This document shows, piece after piece, positions 12,564 through 24,800 of a DNA stretch of 53,121 bases. The translations under genes and the position numbers were made by a program. This DNA is from Chromera velia. Lineage: Eukaryota. The stretch spans positions 1 through 53,121 of the forward strand of contig JAHBMJ010000227.1 of the NCBI GenBank assembly GCA_018398765.1, given 5' to 3'. The notes under the pieces are model-generated. The model was not told where the DNA came from and searched no databases. It worked only from the letters and a program-made list of their open reading frames with translations. The stretch's first letter is position 1, and every line of letters begins with the position of its first letter.

Positions 12564-13233
12564 TCCTTCCTTCCTTCCTTCTTTCTTTCCTTCCTTCCTT
12601 CCGTCTTCCTTTTTTCTCTCCTTCCTTCCTTCCTTTCTTTTTTTTTTTCATTATCTACTCATGTATGCATTCATTCGTCCACATCCCCGACCTTTCCGCC
12701 TCCCGCTACTTCTTCACTGTTTGATTTATTTCTTCCCGCCCGTGCTTCCTGTTTTTCTTCTTTCCCCCCCCTTTTTCCTTCATTCGTGTCTTCAATCTCT
12801 GACTCCTCTTCTTTTCTGTTCGCATGAGTTAGCCGTTATCTCATTGTCTCTCTCTCCTTTTCTCATACATTTTTCTTCCATTCCTTCATGCCGATCGCTA
12901 CGGCCCGGAAAAGATGCGAGTCCACCGACAATCTCCCCTTTTCTCCCCTGCCCTCTTTCCCTCCATCCATCCACACATCCTGCCGTCATGTGCCCCATCG
13001 AGGGATGTCCTTCCCCTCTTCGCTTCCCTGGAATTGTATTACTGGTATCCAAAAAGCCAGGGGGAGAGACGGGAACAGTAGAAAGATTCTCATCTCGAAT
13101 GCTGTTCTCGTGTGTATGATTCTCTCAGGTCGGCCAGATGGAGGTGAAGGACATCAAGAACCGCTACCGGTGCTTGGCGGTGAAGACCTACTCCTTCTCG
13201 TACGCGTTGACAAAAGTCGATTTAGATCGATGA
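10829..13233 (+). CDS. Coiled-coil protein with C-terminal atypical Ras/Rab-like domain (paralogue B); exons 10829-11956 and 13129-13233
   Basis: YDIVVVGLEGSGTTA; donor AAG|GTAGGT at 11957, acceptor CTCTCAG| at 13128; last exon VGQMEVKDIKNRYRCLAVKTYSFSYALTKVDLDR*. Coiled-coil block clearly homologous to paralogue A. Confidence 0.82.
12170..12650 (+). repeat. Intronic (TTTC)n/(TC)n/(TTCC)n microsatellite
   Basis: Direct reading; lies inside intron 11957-13128. Confidence 0.95.
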
Positions 13234-15451
13234 TTCAACAATGAACTGATCAAGATCATTCATGCCAGTGTGTTTTCTTGGTATGAGTCACGTGCAAAGT
13301 GTTATCACTGTTGTGTAAACTAAACAAGCCTGAGGTATTAGACGTGTCACGTGTTTGTTTATAAATGATAATAATGCCTAGTGAACTACTATAAGCTACT
13401 ATAGTAGCTAGATGAGCTAGTGAATCATCACTAAGTAAGATAGTAGTGATATGCATTCTTTAAAGACATCCAAAAAATCTTAAAATGAATAAATTAGAAT
13501 AATTTATCTGATACTATAAGATGGTGGATGGGCATGCAAGGGGTGCTTATGTGCCATCCCTGACCCCACTCATTCCTTGACCTGCTTCGACATGCTTTTG
13601 TCCTCGTTCATCCTTTTCGTGATGGTGAATGTTTTCCCACTCAAAATTTAACAAAAAAAAGATGTTTAGTAAAATTTTAAAAACAATTTGCTAAGCAACT
13701 TTTGTCCGACGCTGGACCTAGTCGAGTATGGTACTGGGGACTGTAGCGCACTATAGCGTAGACGCCAAATTCTGTTCTAATGACAAGGCTAATGACCATA
13801 TAGGTTACCATGCCTAGTACCATACATACATGATATATGATATGATCATAGTGATGACTGTGATCATAAAAACTTTTGTGAATGATTGTATGTCAGTCAC
13901 GTGTGCAGCAGCCAGTGTAAAACAGTACTTGGGACACGACTAGGGATTCGGCTCTCTTTGAAACCAGTCTCAATCAACAACACATCTTTTCCGTTAATTT
14001 CGGCGTTAAACATGCATTCACTGACTCGGAGCTGCATAATCCAGGAGCGTGAGCTAAGTAGAAGTAAGTGACGTGAGTCTAAGGCAGTATGAAACGGAAC
14101 CTGCCTGCACATGAATCCTGATGTCTTTCATTTGACTCAACACGATGCCCAAATTTTGAAACGAGATATTCTTATTGCAGAAAGAATCAAGACCCGAGGG
14201 GCTACTCTGCGCGTGCTCGCACTAAGTGCTCGCAGGGACTCACTTCATGGAGTGATAGTTTTGTAAAGAAAGAAGAGAAATTGACACGCGCTTTGGGCAC
14301 AGTGACTTCTTGCAGGTCATCCTACCTTTTGACTTTCTAGCTGTGTGCATGTCTGTACATGAAAGCTTTAGGAGGCGAAAGAAATCGATGAAGTCGACCC
14401 GATTACCATCAAAATGTGCAGGAGGCAAAAAGAGAGAAAGAGAAAAAACAGGGAAGAGAATATGAAGGGCAGCGAATGCCAAAAAGAGTGAGTGAGAGAG
14501 TGTGCAGCCACACCACACCCAAATAATCAGTGGCGTAGACGTTCATTCATTTTTTGAATGCCGGCGCCAGCAGAAAAGCACGCAGGAGAATTTTTGCAAA
14601 TGACGAAAAGAGACAGAGACTGGAAGGCAGAAGAAGCGGATGCTGTCGAGAGAAGACGTCGGCTCCCGAGACTCTACAAGGACATCAGCAGCTTTCTGAA
14701 CATGCTCCTTCTTCTCTCTCTTTGCATTGCATGAATATGTCTTTCCGTCTCTCTTCTCCGATCGCCTAATTACATAGCTCGGTCAGGAAGCGTTTCGATC
14801 CAGTGACATAGATCGACTGCCTTGGTCTTTTCGTGCTGTGTTATACATTGCAATGCCGACAGCTTTCTGGAAGCCAGAGGAAGAAACAGGCAAAGGAGAA
14901 AATAGACGGGGTCTGAGAAGGCCTTCGAGAAGAAACGTGAGACCGTTGACAATGACGGACAACAAAGGAATACATGCACGTACACAACAAGGACGAAATA
15001 AAGTAGCATTTTGTTTTCGGCGCATTCAATCTGTGCTCTGTCTATCTACACGATTGCATTTGTCTTTTTCTTTGCAGGTCTATCTGAAGGAAGAGCTACA
15101 GGTTTCCTGCAGGCTCTTTTTAGTAATAATCGGAGTGCGATCGGCCCTTTTGAGCAATGAATTGACATATGCTTGTCTTCCCTTGCTTGACTGACAGGAA
15201 CCGGTCAAGATGTTAATTAGTTCTTTCACCCCATCCGTCCGTTATTCTGTCTGCCTGCACTTCATTCTGCGAGCAACCTCTCTCCTCAAGTACCCCCCTT
15301 TTTTCCCCATCGCACTTTCAACACATTCACAAGTACATCAAGATATAGACCCCCAGACACCCTTACTAAGCAGAAAGAAGCACAGCCTGACAGCCTCCAG
15401 ACTTCTTCTCCACTCTGAGCCTTCCCTTCTTGCCTGCCTGCGCCTAGGCCT

Positions 15452-18400
15452 TCACCACAGGGCTGTCCCCCTCTTGCCTTGAGACCTCGTGGGGAGGACT
15501 GAGGTCTCTGCTCTCTGGAAGGCAGACATCGATTTTGCTCTGCCCCTCCCGGCGTTCTCTCTCGTCAGCTCCTTCCTCTCTTTCTCCATTGAGTAGTGAT
15601 GGGACTGCTTGCGCCTGCACGCAGAATTATTCTTAATTAAAGTCTTGTGAATGAACAGCACATGCATCGATCGATCCTCTTCCAATTCGTGCAGGGATAG
15701 AGGGAGGGACATCTTCTTCCAACTCGTGCATGGATAGAGGGAGGGAGATCCTCTTCCAATTCGTGCAGGGATAGAGGGAGGGAGATCCTCTTCCAATTCG
15801 TGCAGGGATAGAGGGAGGGAGATCCTCTTCCAATTCGTGCATGGATAGAGGGAGGGAGATCCTCTTCCAATTCGTGCAGGGATAGAGGGAGGGAGATCCT
15901 CTTCCAATTCGTGCAGGGATAGAGGGAGGGAGATCCTCTTCCAATTCGTGCATGGATAGAGGGAGGCAGATGCAATTAGTTTCTTGCCTGCTGGGGCTGT
16001 CAGTTGAAGGAAGATTCCGTCTGGCTGCAGCACAAACGAAGGGACTGCTCAGAAAGAAATCCTGTCGCCCATCACGTCGATATCTTTTGCATGGCGTGCG
16101 TTTGTGTGTGTGTGTGTGTGTGTGCATGTGCAGAAAGCTTGTGCGAGAAAAGAAGTGTTGCGACCGTCTGTGTCCTTTTCTCTGCGAGTATTCAACAAGG
16201 CACACGCAGGACAGACGGGCAGACAGATGGACAGGTGAAGTGACAAAGGCAGCACTGGACTCACTGTGTTCCTTGAGCGAAAGACGCTCGCTGGGGCAGC
16301 CCGGCAGTGGAGGTGCGTTGACGTGCTCTCCTCGTCTTGGCCGCCTCTCTCATTTCTGGGTGTCCCCCTTTCTTTGGTTGGAAAAAGTCTCCTGATGGAA
16401 AATCCGGGTGATCCCTTGTCTTCCTATCTCCTGAAGATGAATTCTGATTTTGATGACTTGTCGGAGTCAGGCCGTCTGATGCCGCCCCAGTGGGTCCTGT
16501 GACAGACAGTCCCACGCCCTTAGGACCTGCTTTTGCGGCCCCATTTTTTCGGAGTGATGGCGGCATTCGGGGCAGTAGGCATCGATCCCACCACCGAATC
16601 CATTTTTCCATTTCGTCTTTGTCCACAGGGGGCTTCAGTGACTCATTGTTATTCGGACTGCAGTCCTGTTCCTCGATACAGGTCCCTTCCCTGCTGTGAG
16701 GGGAGTCGAGAATCGGCATGCCGTCTGGCTCCTCTCTACCAGAAGAAGCCTCAACAAAGCCAGGAAGGGGACCCAGGAAAAGTGACCCTCCCTGTCCTGT
16801 TGATTCTATTCCAATAGCAGAATTCCGTCTCCTACCTGCTGCTGGGTTTGGGTTTCCATCTGCTGGTCCCTTTGGTCTTTCGGAGTGCCCTTCGCATTCG
16901 TGTACTCCGACCGCCAGGGCGTCAAGACTGTTCGTTGTTCTGTCAGTGGCCGGAAGACCTCCGCTGCTGCTTCTCCGAGGCGGGAGCGGCAGTCTGTTGG
17001 TGTTCGCTGTTTGTGTTGGGGGGGGGGATCCCGGGTTGCCGTTATCGCTTGTTTCGCGTTTGGGGGAGAAATTGAACAAGGACGTTAGCTGCCCCCAGCT
17101 TCCACGTCTCTTCTTGGAGGCACCTACAGGGCCTGTAGGGACGGGCGTGCTTACCCCCGGGTCCTTCCGACGTATCTCAAATCCCATCACACTCGAACGT
17201 CGGCCCGCATTACTGCTCATCACTATCGGGACCCCCCCATGTCCTAGGGCTGAGTCTAAGCTCGGCCGTTGAATTACGGACCCACTCTCTGGCGCTCCCC
17301 CCCCACTCTCTTGAGTGGTGCTAAATGGTCTCTGACCGTCGGTCATTCCAGAGCCTTCAGCAGAGTTCTGCTGGATGGAGAGATTGGGGCGTGTGGTCTC
17401 GTCTGTCAAGCAGGCTCGGCCTCCCAGAGCTTTGGCAGCAAGTTCGGAGACAGAGCGGGAGGGAGCAGAAACATCGCCATCATCAGAGCAATTACTGCTG
17501 CTGCTACTGTTGGTGGGACTGTTTGAAGGAGAGGCTTCGTTCGTTTCCCGTCTCTGCCCTTCTCTGTGCCCTTTCTCGCCTTCACCCTCTCCGTCTCTTC
17601 CTTCCTTGTCATTTACGTTTCCTCCACCTTCCCTTTTACTTTCTCCTCTCTCCTCTTTCAAGGAGAGGAGGACCGTCGAGGCGTTGACCTGTACGAAGGG
17701 GGAACGAGAGAGGCAAGTAATGAAATTGAAAGAAAACAAAAACTACCGGTAGCATTGCCAAAACACTCATTTACCACTGCAACGAAGGTAAAGAGAGGAG
17801 AGCAGAAACAGGACAGAAAGAAACAAGATAGATGACATCACAGGAAACCTGATAGAAGACGATTTCCGCAACTGCGTCCCTCACACATACCCACCCACCC
17901 AGTCCCACCTGGGATTTTTCAGCCCTCGCCCGAATCATGTGTCTTTGGACTTTTGCCCTCGTCACCTCTGCAGCCAGCCTGGAGAGCTGAGTTGAGGTCA
18001 AGTTGACACACCCCCAGATCTGCATGCAGCAGTGATATGGATGAATTCAATTCAATTTCACCGCACTGGAAAAGTCTCTATTCATGTTACTTAGTTTTTG
18101 TACGCAAGCTACCGCAACGGTCAGCGAGTTTTGTTTCATTCTTGTGCACACTTTCCCAGTATATGTGTAAGCGTCTCATTTGTATGTCGCCCTTACTGGC
18201 TGGCTGTCTGATTTTCTGTTTATTTGAATGCATCCCCACCACATCTTTGTAGTCTCATAGACTGCATATGAATCCATCAACGTGGCTTGGATGTGTGTGC
18301 CAGAGTCGGTGCACGATCTCCGTCTCTATGTATTGTTGTCTCTATCTGCATCTCTTTCTGTGCCTGTGCCCGAACTTCCTCACTGTAGCGCATGTTAATA

Positions 18401-19167
18401 GAAAACCTATTGTACGTTGCCACTGCACCGACCTCATCAGTGCGTGTATTGCAGAGCACACAGCAGGTGTCACGATAAGATCCGGCAAGGTCTCGGTTCA
18501 CCCCCGCAGCTTCCAGCTCGCCCCTGCGAGGAAACCAGGCCCGCACAGAGACAGAACTGTGAAGAGGGGGGGCTAGGAAAGAGACAAGCCGCGAGACGAC
18601 AGAGAAAAAGGAGGAGGAGGAGGAGAAAAAGAAGAAGAAAAAGAAGAAAAAAAAAAGAAGAAGAAGGGGACAGATTTGAACAAAATGTTTCAGTTCATTT
18701 TCACGTCTTTGATTTATGGACAGACTTGTGCAACCGGCCAGATCTACTGTCTGGATTCATTCTTCATAACGGCAGAGAGGGACGGACACGAAGAGAGCGC
18801 GAGCGATGCATAGAGACAGACTGACACAGGGATTGGTGCCGTATACAGAGGCAGACTGACACAGGGATTGGTGCCGTGTACAGAGACAGACTGGCACAGG
18901 GATTGGTGCCGTGTACAGAGACAGACTGACACAGGGATTGGTGCTGTATTCCAAAAGATGAACATCTTGGTATGAGCGATCTGCATGCCGTTCTTCTCCC
19001 TGTCCTTTGCAGACTTTTGGCCGGGAAAGGGTTTCATCCGGAGACCCAACCACTGTCTTCGCTGGAATTCCAGAACCCAGAGTGTGTACGTGTCTGCGTT
19101 CAGAACTCTTCTGCATCAAAAAAGCGCAACGGACAAAGATGGTCGATGGATGGTGAAACATTCTGAT

Positions 19168-19205
<38 letters not shown>

Positions 19206-19215
19206 AGACACAGAC

Positions 19216-19266
<51 letters not shown>

Positions 19267-19352
19267 CACAGACAGAGACAGAGACAGGAATTAAGAAAGA
19301 AAGAACGAAAGAAAGAAAGAAAGAAAGAAAGCAAGCAAGCAAGCAAGCAAGC

Positions 19353-19384
<32 letters not shown>

Positions 19385-19409
19385 AAAAATGAAAGAAAGA
19401 AAGAAAGAG

Positions 19410-19444
<35 letters not shown>

Positions 19445-19505
19445 ACGAAAGAAAGCAAGCAAGCAAGCAAGAAAGAAAGAAAGAAAGAAAGAAAGAACGA
19501 AAGAG

Positions 19506-19548
<43 letters not shown>

Positions 19549-19769
19549 AAAAAAAAAAGAAAGAAAGAAAAAAAGAAAGAAAGAAAGAAAGAAAAAAAGA
19601 AAGAAAGAAAGAAAGAAAGAAAGAAAAAAAAAAAGAAAGAAAGAAAGAAAGAAAGAAAGAACGAAAGAAAGAAAGAAAGAAAGAAACAAACAAAGAAAGA
19701 AAGGAAGGAAGGAAGGAAGGAAGGAAGTAAGGAAGGAAGACAGACAGACAGACAGACAGACAGAAAGAA

Positions 19770-19801
<32 letters not shown>

Positions 19802-19864
19802 CAGAAAGAAAGAAAGAAAGAAAGAAAGAAAGGAAGAAACGAAGGAACGAAGGAACGAAGGAAC

Positions 19865-19905
<41 letters not shown>

Positions 19906-20110
19906 AAAAAAAAAAAAAAAGACAGACAGAAAGACAGAAAGATGGAAAGACGGAAAGAAAGACATTGCTCACCCCCTCACTGCCACTTCGAACACCCCCC
20001 ATCCCCTGACGATTTCCGGGGAGTTGCCTGCCTCTATCTGACACCTTGTCAGCGGTTTCCAGAGAAAGGCCTCAAACTTGAAGGGACTCAGGTGGCGGCT
20101 CGAAGACTCT
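15452..20110 (-). CDS. Multi-exon gene of unknown function with a large S/G/P-rich disordered exon; 5' end unresolved (probably ~20200-21200)
   Basis: Phase-compatible exons 18556-18433, 18019-17909 and 17688-16265 (donor CA|GTGAGT). Probable further exons ~20110-20045, ~19110-18930, 16020-15988 and 15614-15452. Confidence 0.6.
15673..15965. repeat. 37-bp minisatellite, 8 units (GATCCTCTTCCAATTCGTGCA[G/T]GGATAGAGGGAGGGA)
   Basis: Unit starts at 15673, 15710, 15747, 15784, 15821, 15858, 15895, 15932; no spacers. Confidence 0.95.
18812..18948. repeat. 35-bp minisatellite, ~4 units (AGAGACAGACTGACACAGGGATTGGTGCCGTGTAC)
   Basis: Unit starts at 18812, 18847, 18882, 18917. Confidence 0.92.
19168..19960. 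repeat. Compound intronic microsatellite (CA)n-(GA)n-(GAAA)n-(GCAA)n-(GGAA)n
   Basis: Direct reading; reads TTTC on the minus (sense) strand of the host gene. Confidence 0.95.
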
Positions 20111-21890
20111 GCAGTCACAAATAAATTAAAACAGAAATTCAAAACGATTGGTGAACTCTGACCATATGCGTACTTACACACCGTGAATTTCTCTTGCGCG
20201 TTCCAAAAAGAGGTGTTCCAAATGACTTACTTGCGTTACTTGAATGACCAGAGAAAAGATGCAGAGTGGGTTAAGAGGGCAGCATACATGTACAAAAACA
20301 CGTGCTCTTCTCTTAAAAGGAAAAATTTTTGACCACATATGGTTTCTACAATAATCCCCCTCGACTGTTCGATTGGGGAGAGAATAGTCACCCGTGAGCA
20401 GTGTCACCTCTTTGCTGGTGCCCTGCGCATCTCGTCAAACACGTCATCAATTAGGCATGTCCTTTAGTGTGCGGAGGTGAGCAATTCTGTGCATGGGGTC
20501 GGACGGACGGAATGCCTCTCGGTCACCAGACAGAGCCTTCTCTGGCTGCACTCCTGTAACTTGTCTAAACTGAAGTTGACCAAGCCCCTAACTGTTTCAT
20601 GCCAGAAGTCACTTGCTCAAGAGTCCTTGGGCCCGCTCTTCTTGTGACCCATTCCATGCATCCACATCTATCAGTTCTTCTTGTGACCCATTCCATGCAT
20701 GCACATCTATCAAAGACCGATTGACTGACTGAATGACAGACTGACCAAAAACTTTCATCCACTCCTCCACTTGAGGAGTCGATCTACTCCTCCCTACCCG
20801 TCCCTTCAGAGGAACACAGCAGCCTCCTCCCATGGCCCCTCAAGGATCTGTACAGGTAGGTTGAGGAAAAAGAGTCGCACCACAGAAGTGTACCCGTGTC
20901 CGAAAGCAAGCGGTCAGTTGTCTCTTTTCGTCGGAGTGACAGTGCGGTTTTGGAGCGTCCGTCCAGACAAGCGCGAAGGCCGCCTTAGGAGCTACACCAC
21001 AAAGTTGCTGAGCAGATTCTGTACACAGCCATCGGATCGCTGTCCGTCGCTCCGTGCAATCTCCATGACCGACGCTTCACAACCATATACAGGGGCATCT
21101 AAACACACATGGTTTCCTCTCCGCACCCTCTGTTTGCGCTGCATTTAGTTGAGCAGCAGTCGTGTCAGGTCGGACCAGCGATCGAAGAGATGCAAAGGCT
21201 GAGTTGTGAGAGGAAGGGAAGTCCCTTTTGCGAGGGAAAGGAGCTGTCAGAACCCAATACACAGTCTGCTTCGTAGTGCATGCAGATCGACATTATATAA
21301 TTGTGATTCGATCGTACGTCGATCCGATACAATCCGATACAGAAGTCCCTTTCTGTATATATGTTTTTTTTTTCTTTACAGATTCAACGTACGAATTTAT
21401 AATTGTGCATGCGTTCAATTAATTATAAGGATCGTTTCTATATATTTACGTACATGCATGCATGCAAGCTAGCATGAATCAGCATGTCATGTGGCTTTCT
21501 GAAGACGTACTGTCTGTCTTCTCTCTCTTTGCCTCCCTCTCTTCCAATGACTGCACAGATCGGCACTGCCTGACAGACTTCCGATGCGCCGATCGGTGCA
21601 ACCGACGAGACGAAATGTGTCAGAGAACCTCTGAGCTCTGTTGATGCAGCATTCTGGCAGACAGCGGGTTTGCAAGCTCCTTCCACAGCATGAAGTAGCA
21701 ACAGTTTGATTGGACCAGGTCATACTTTCTTGAGGTATCAGCTTGCACAAGTTTTTCGAAAGATCTCAAGCCGACTTTGTTGTTCTGCTTTGTCCATCCA
21801 TCAATTGACACGTATATAGACCGCGACAGTACAGGAGCACACAATAGTTACAGCACCTGTCCTTTCTCCAGGTCTTTTCAAGCAGGAAAA

Positions 21891-24800
21891 ATGTCAAGCG
21901 CAAGGCAGAGAGACAGCTATCAGGGAGGAGGAGGGGGTGGTCATGCTCAGGCAGACCTCCTCTCGAAGGTTGATCACATGCTCGAACGTCTCTCCACCCA
22001 GAGGGAGAGGAAGAAGAGGTGGGCAGAGACAGCAGCAGCACAGGGCCTGAAGGCAGAGCCTCCAAGAGTGTCTCATTTTTTCTCTTCCTTCAGTAGAGAT
22101 GAAAGAGACCCTTCTGCTTCCCTGGGAGGACCGCTAAACGCTCAGTTTGGGACACTACAGCACCATCACTCGAGGGTGGGAGAGGATTCCTCGGACCGCC
22201 TCTCTGCCCTACCCCTCTCGAGGCCTTCCCTCTCAATGCTCACTCAAGGCTCCGCTCCCTCCCCAGTGAATGCACAGCAGCACGACAGGGAAAGGAGTCT
22301 GTTGTCCTCCTCTCCGGGAACGCAGGTGTGTGTGTGTGTGTGTGAGCTTGTGTGTGTGTGTGTGTGTGTGAGCTTGTGTGTGTGTGTGTGTGTCTGTGTG
22401 TGTGTCTGTGTGTGTGTGTGTCTTTATGTCTGTGTGTATGTCAAGGCAAAATTCAAACGGCACACAGCAGAACACGCTGACAGATGAATGGATAGAATGA
22501 ATCTCTCAACACTGGATGGTGAGTGGCAGAACGCAAGTCGGAAGGAAGCCCATGCCGATGGATAGAGAAAGAGAGATCAACCACTGCTCCAGCATTTCTT
22601 CCAGTTGGCCTCTGTAGAAGACCCAATACATAAACTTTCAAAAGCACTCAATATGACATTTATTAAAGTTATTCATGTTGCAGATTGAGCGATTCAGCGG
22701 CCGTCTCCAGACAGCCAAGAAGGAGATACGGAGCGAAGGGTGCAGGATCCAGCAGCTCTCTGCGGAAGTGCAGAAGTCCCTCACTGACGTCAGCCAGCAG
22801 AGAGAGATCACAGAAGAGAGAGATTGTCTCCGTACGTCTGTCTACCCATTTTCACTACTAAGTGCGACCAAGCATTTCGAAAGCAAACTTTCTCGGGAAC
22901 AAATCCCCCTCTTCCTTCTCGAAGAGTGTCTCATTTCTCGGTCTCTCTTGTCATCTCTTTCTTTTGTTAAAGACAACAGCGCAGAGAAGAAGACAGAGAG
23001 GGATGAACATTTTTCTCCTTTCCATGGCACTTCTTTCTCCTCTCTGCAGCTTTCTGTCCTTTCCTGTTCCTTTGGAGTCGACTTTGAGGCAGCGTTCGGA
23101 GACATCCTGCACAAAACTAACGTCCTCGCAGTAGCGAGTCAGTCTGCATCCATGAAGCTCCTTTGAATTCGCCTCTCTGCATGCATGTTCAGCTGCAACT
23201 TTTGGCTTTCAGTGTGCGTGTTGCGGTTGGGTGCACGTCTGTAAAGAAATAATGGATGAAAGGACCAGCCGGATGCACGCAGAGTGCATCTCTTCTCACG
23301 TGGCGTGTCAGGAATTGACCAACGAAGTTTGGTTTGAGATCTTTGAATTTGGTCCGAGGGATTGCCGATCGATCGAGGTGATCTTTTTAAAGCGCCTCTC
23401 TACGCCCCCTTGTTCTCATCTGTTGGTCTCCCTGTGTGCCTCCATGTGTGCAGATCCCGCAGCGTGTGAAGTTCTCAGACGATTGGCTTCGGTACGCTGC
23501 GTTTCTCTCCGTGGCTCTGTGCGATAATGTGCATGTACGGATGTTCTTTCGCAATTTGTATATTGGGGCACCCACTCCATTCCCTCGTGTCAAAGATTCC
23601 TGCGCTCTTTTCTGCTTTTGTTCTTTTTTCATTCCAGCAGTTCCCTTTCCATCTTTCTTGTAAGTTTCTTTTTGCACGTATATTTCCCTGTCGTGTCTCC
23701 CCGTTGCGTCTAGAGCTGGGTTTTCTCTTCTTTCCACAGAACTCGATGACGTGCATTCTTGTCTCTCGCTGCCCGCAGCTCCTTGAGGAAGCCCGAGCTC
23801 TCCAGAACGCAAAACAGGCAAAGTATGAAGCAGCGCTTGCAAAGGTGAGTGATCGAGTCTTTGTGCATGCCCAAATGCAAGTTGAAGCAGAATTGTTGAA
23901 GAGCCTTTAATGTTCCCCACCAGCACGTTCTTGTCCTCTTGCATGGTGACGGGACGGACTCGAATGAGTCAAGGGGACTTTATGTGGGTGGATTGAACAG
24001 GGGAGGGCAGCACCCAAGCACATGCATGAACACACCCTGACGGTTTCTCTTTCTCTTTCACGTGCACGTGCCTCCGTGATTTCCCAAAACCCCCCATTTG
24101 TTTTTCTCGTCCCACCAGAATGGGCGTTCCTCAGTCTTTTTTGCCGTTTGTCTGTTGTTCTCCGATTCATGTTGCCAACTTGATGGAGTGAAAAACGAAG
24201 GACTGACTCATCTGTTCATGTGCAGATTCGCCAGTTTGAGTGGCTGTTTGGAAGCGTCGAGGAAAAACAACAACAACTGCGGTGCGTCAGCTTTTTGCTT
24301 TCTTCTCATGCATCTTTACATTTGCGATTGCTCTTTGGGTATCTCCTCCTTTCTGGACCTTGAAATGCCTTACTTGTTTGTCTTGATTTCTGCGTTTCTG
24401 TCTTTCTTGATCCTCCCCCCGTCTCATCTCTCTCCCCTTCACTTCAAACCCTTCTTTATCTCTGTACCTTTCTTCTTTGCGATGCTCATCGATATTTGAT
24501 TCAACTGGCTTGAATCCATTTTCCCTCATGCATGCAGGTTTGCCCTTGTTGCCATGAGCAAGGAGTTAGGAAACCTAAAGGTGCAACAGGGAGAAACCGC
24601 AAAACGTCTAGGGGGCATTCGGAGTCCCCTACACAGAGACAGGAGAGGGCAGCATGCGTATAGGGGATCCGAGGAGAACGAGACAGAGGATACGGAGGAG
24701 GGCTCATTTGAGCCTCAGGCTCCGAACGCTCTGGGTCCTTCTAGGAGGCAGAGAGAGAGGGAGAGGGAAAGCGGGGGGGAGAGAGGAGGGAAGCACAGGG

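Noticed and set aside
11957..12827. Long F/S/L-rich and K/E/R-rich ORFs
   Set aside because: Translations of an intronic TTTC microsatellite; same for 19100-20044, 33748-34404 and 47126-47657.
13551..13562. GTGCCATCCCTG, resembling an Ac/hAT terminus (CAGGGATG)
   Set aside because: No matching opposite end or TSD found nearby.
15673..15965. CRISPR-like array (37-bp repeats)
   Set aside because: Units are contiguous with no unique spacers, no cas genes, eukaryotic context.
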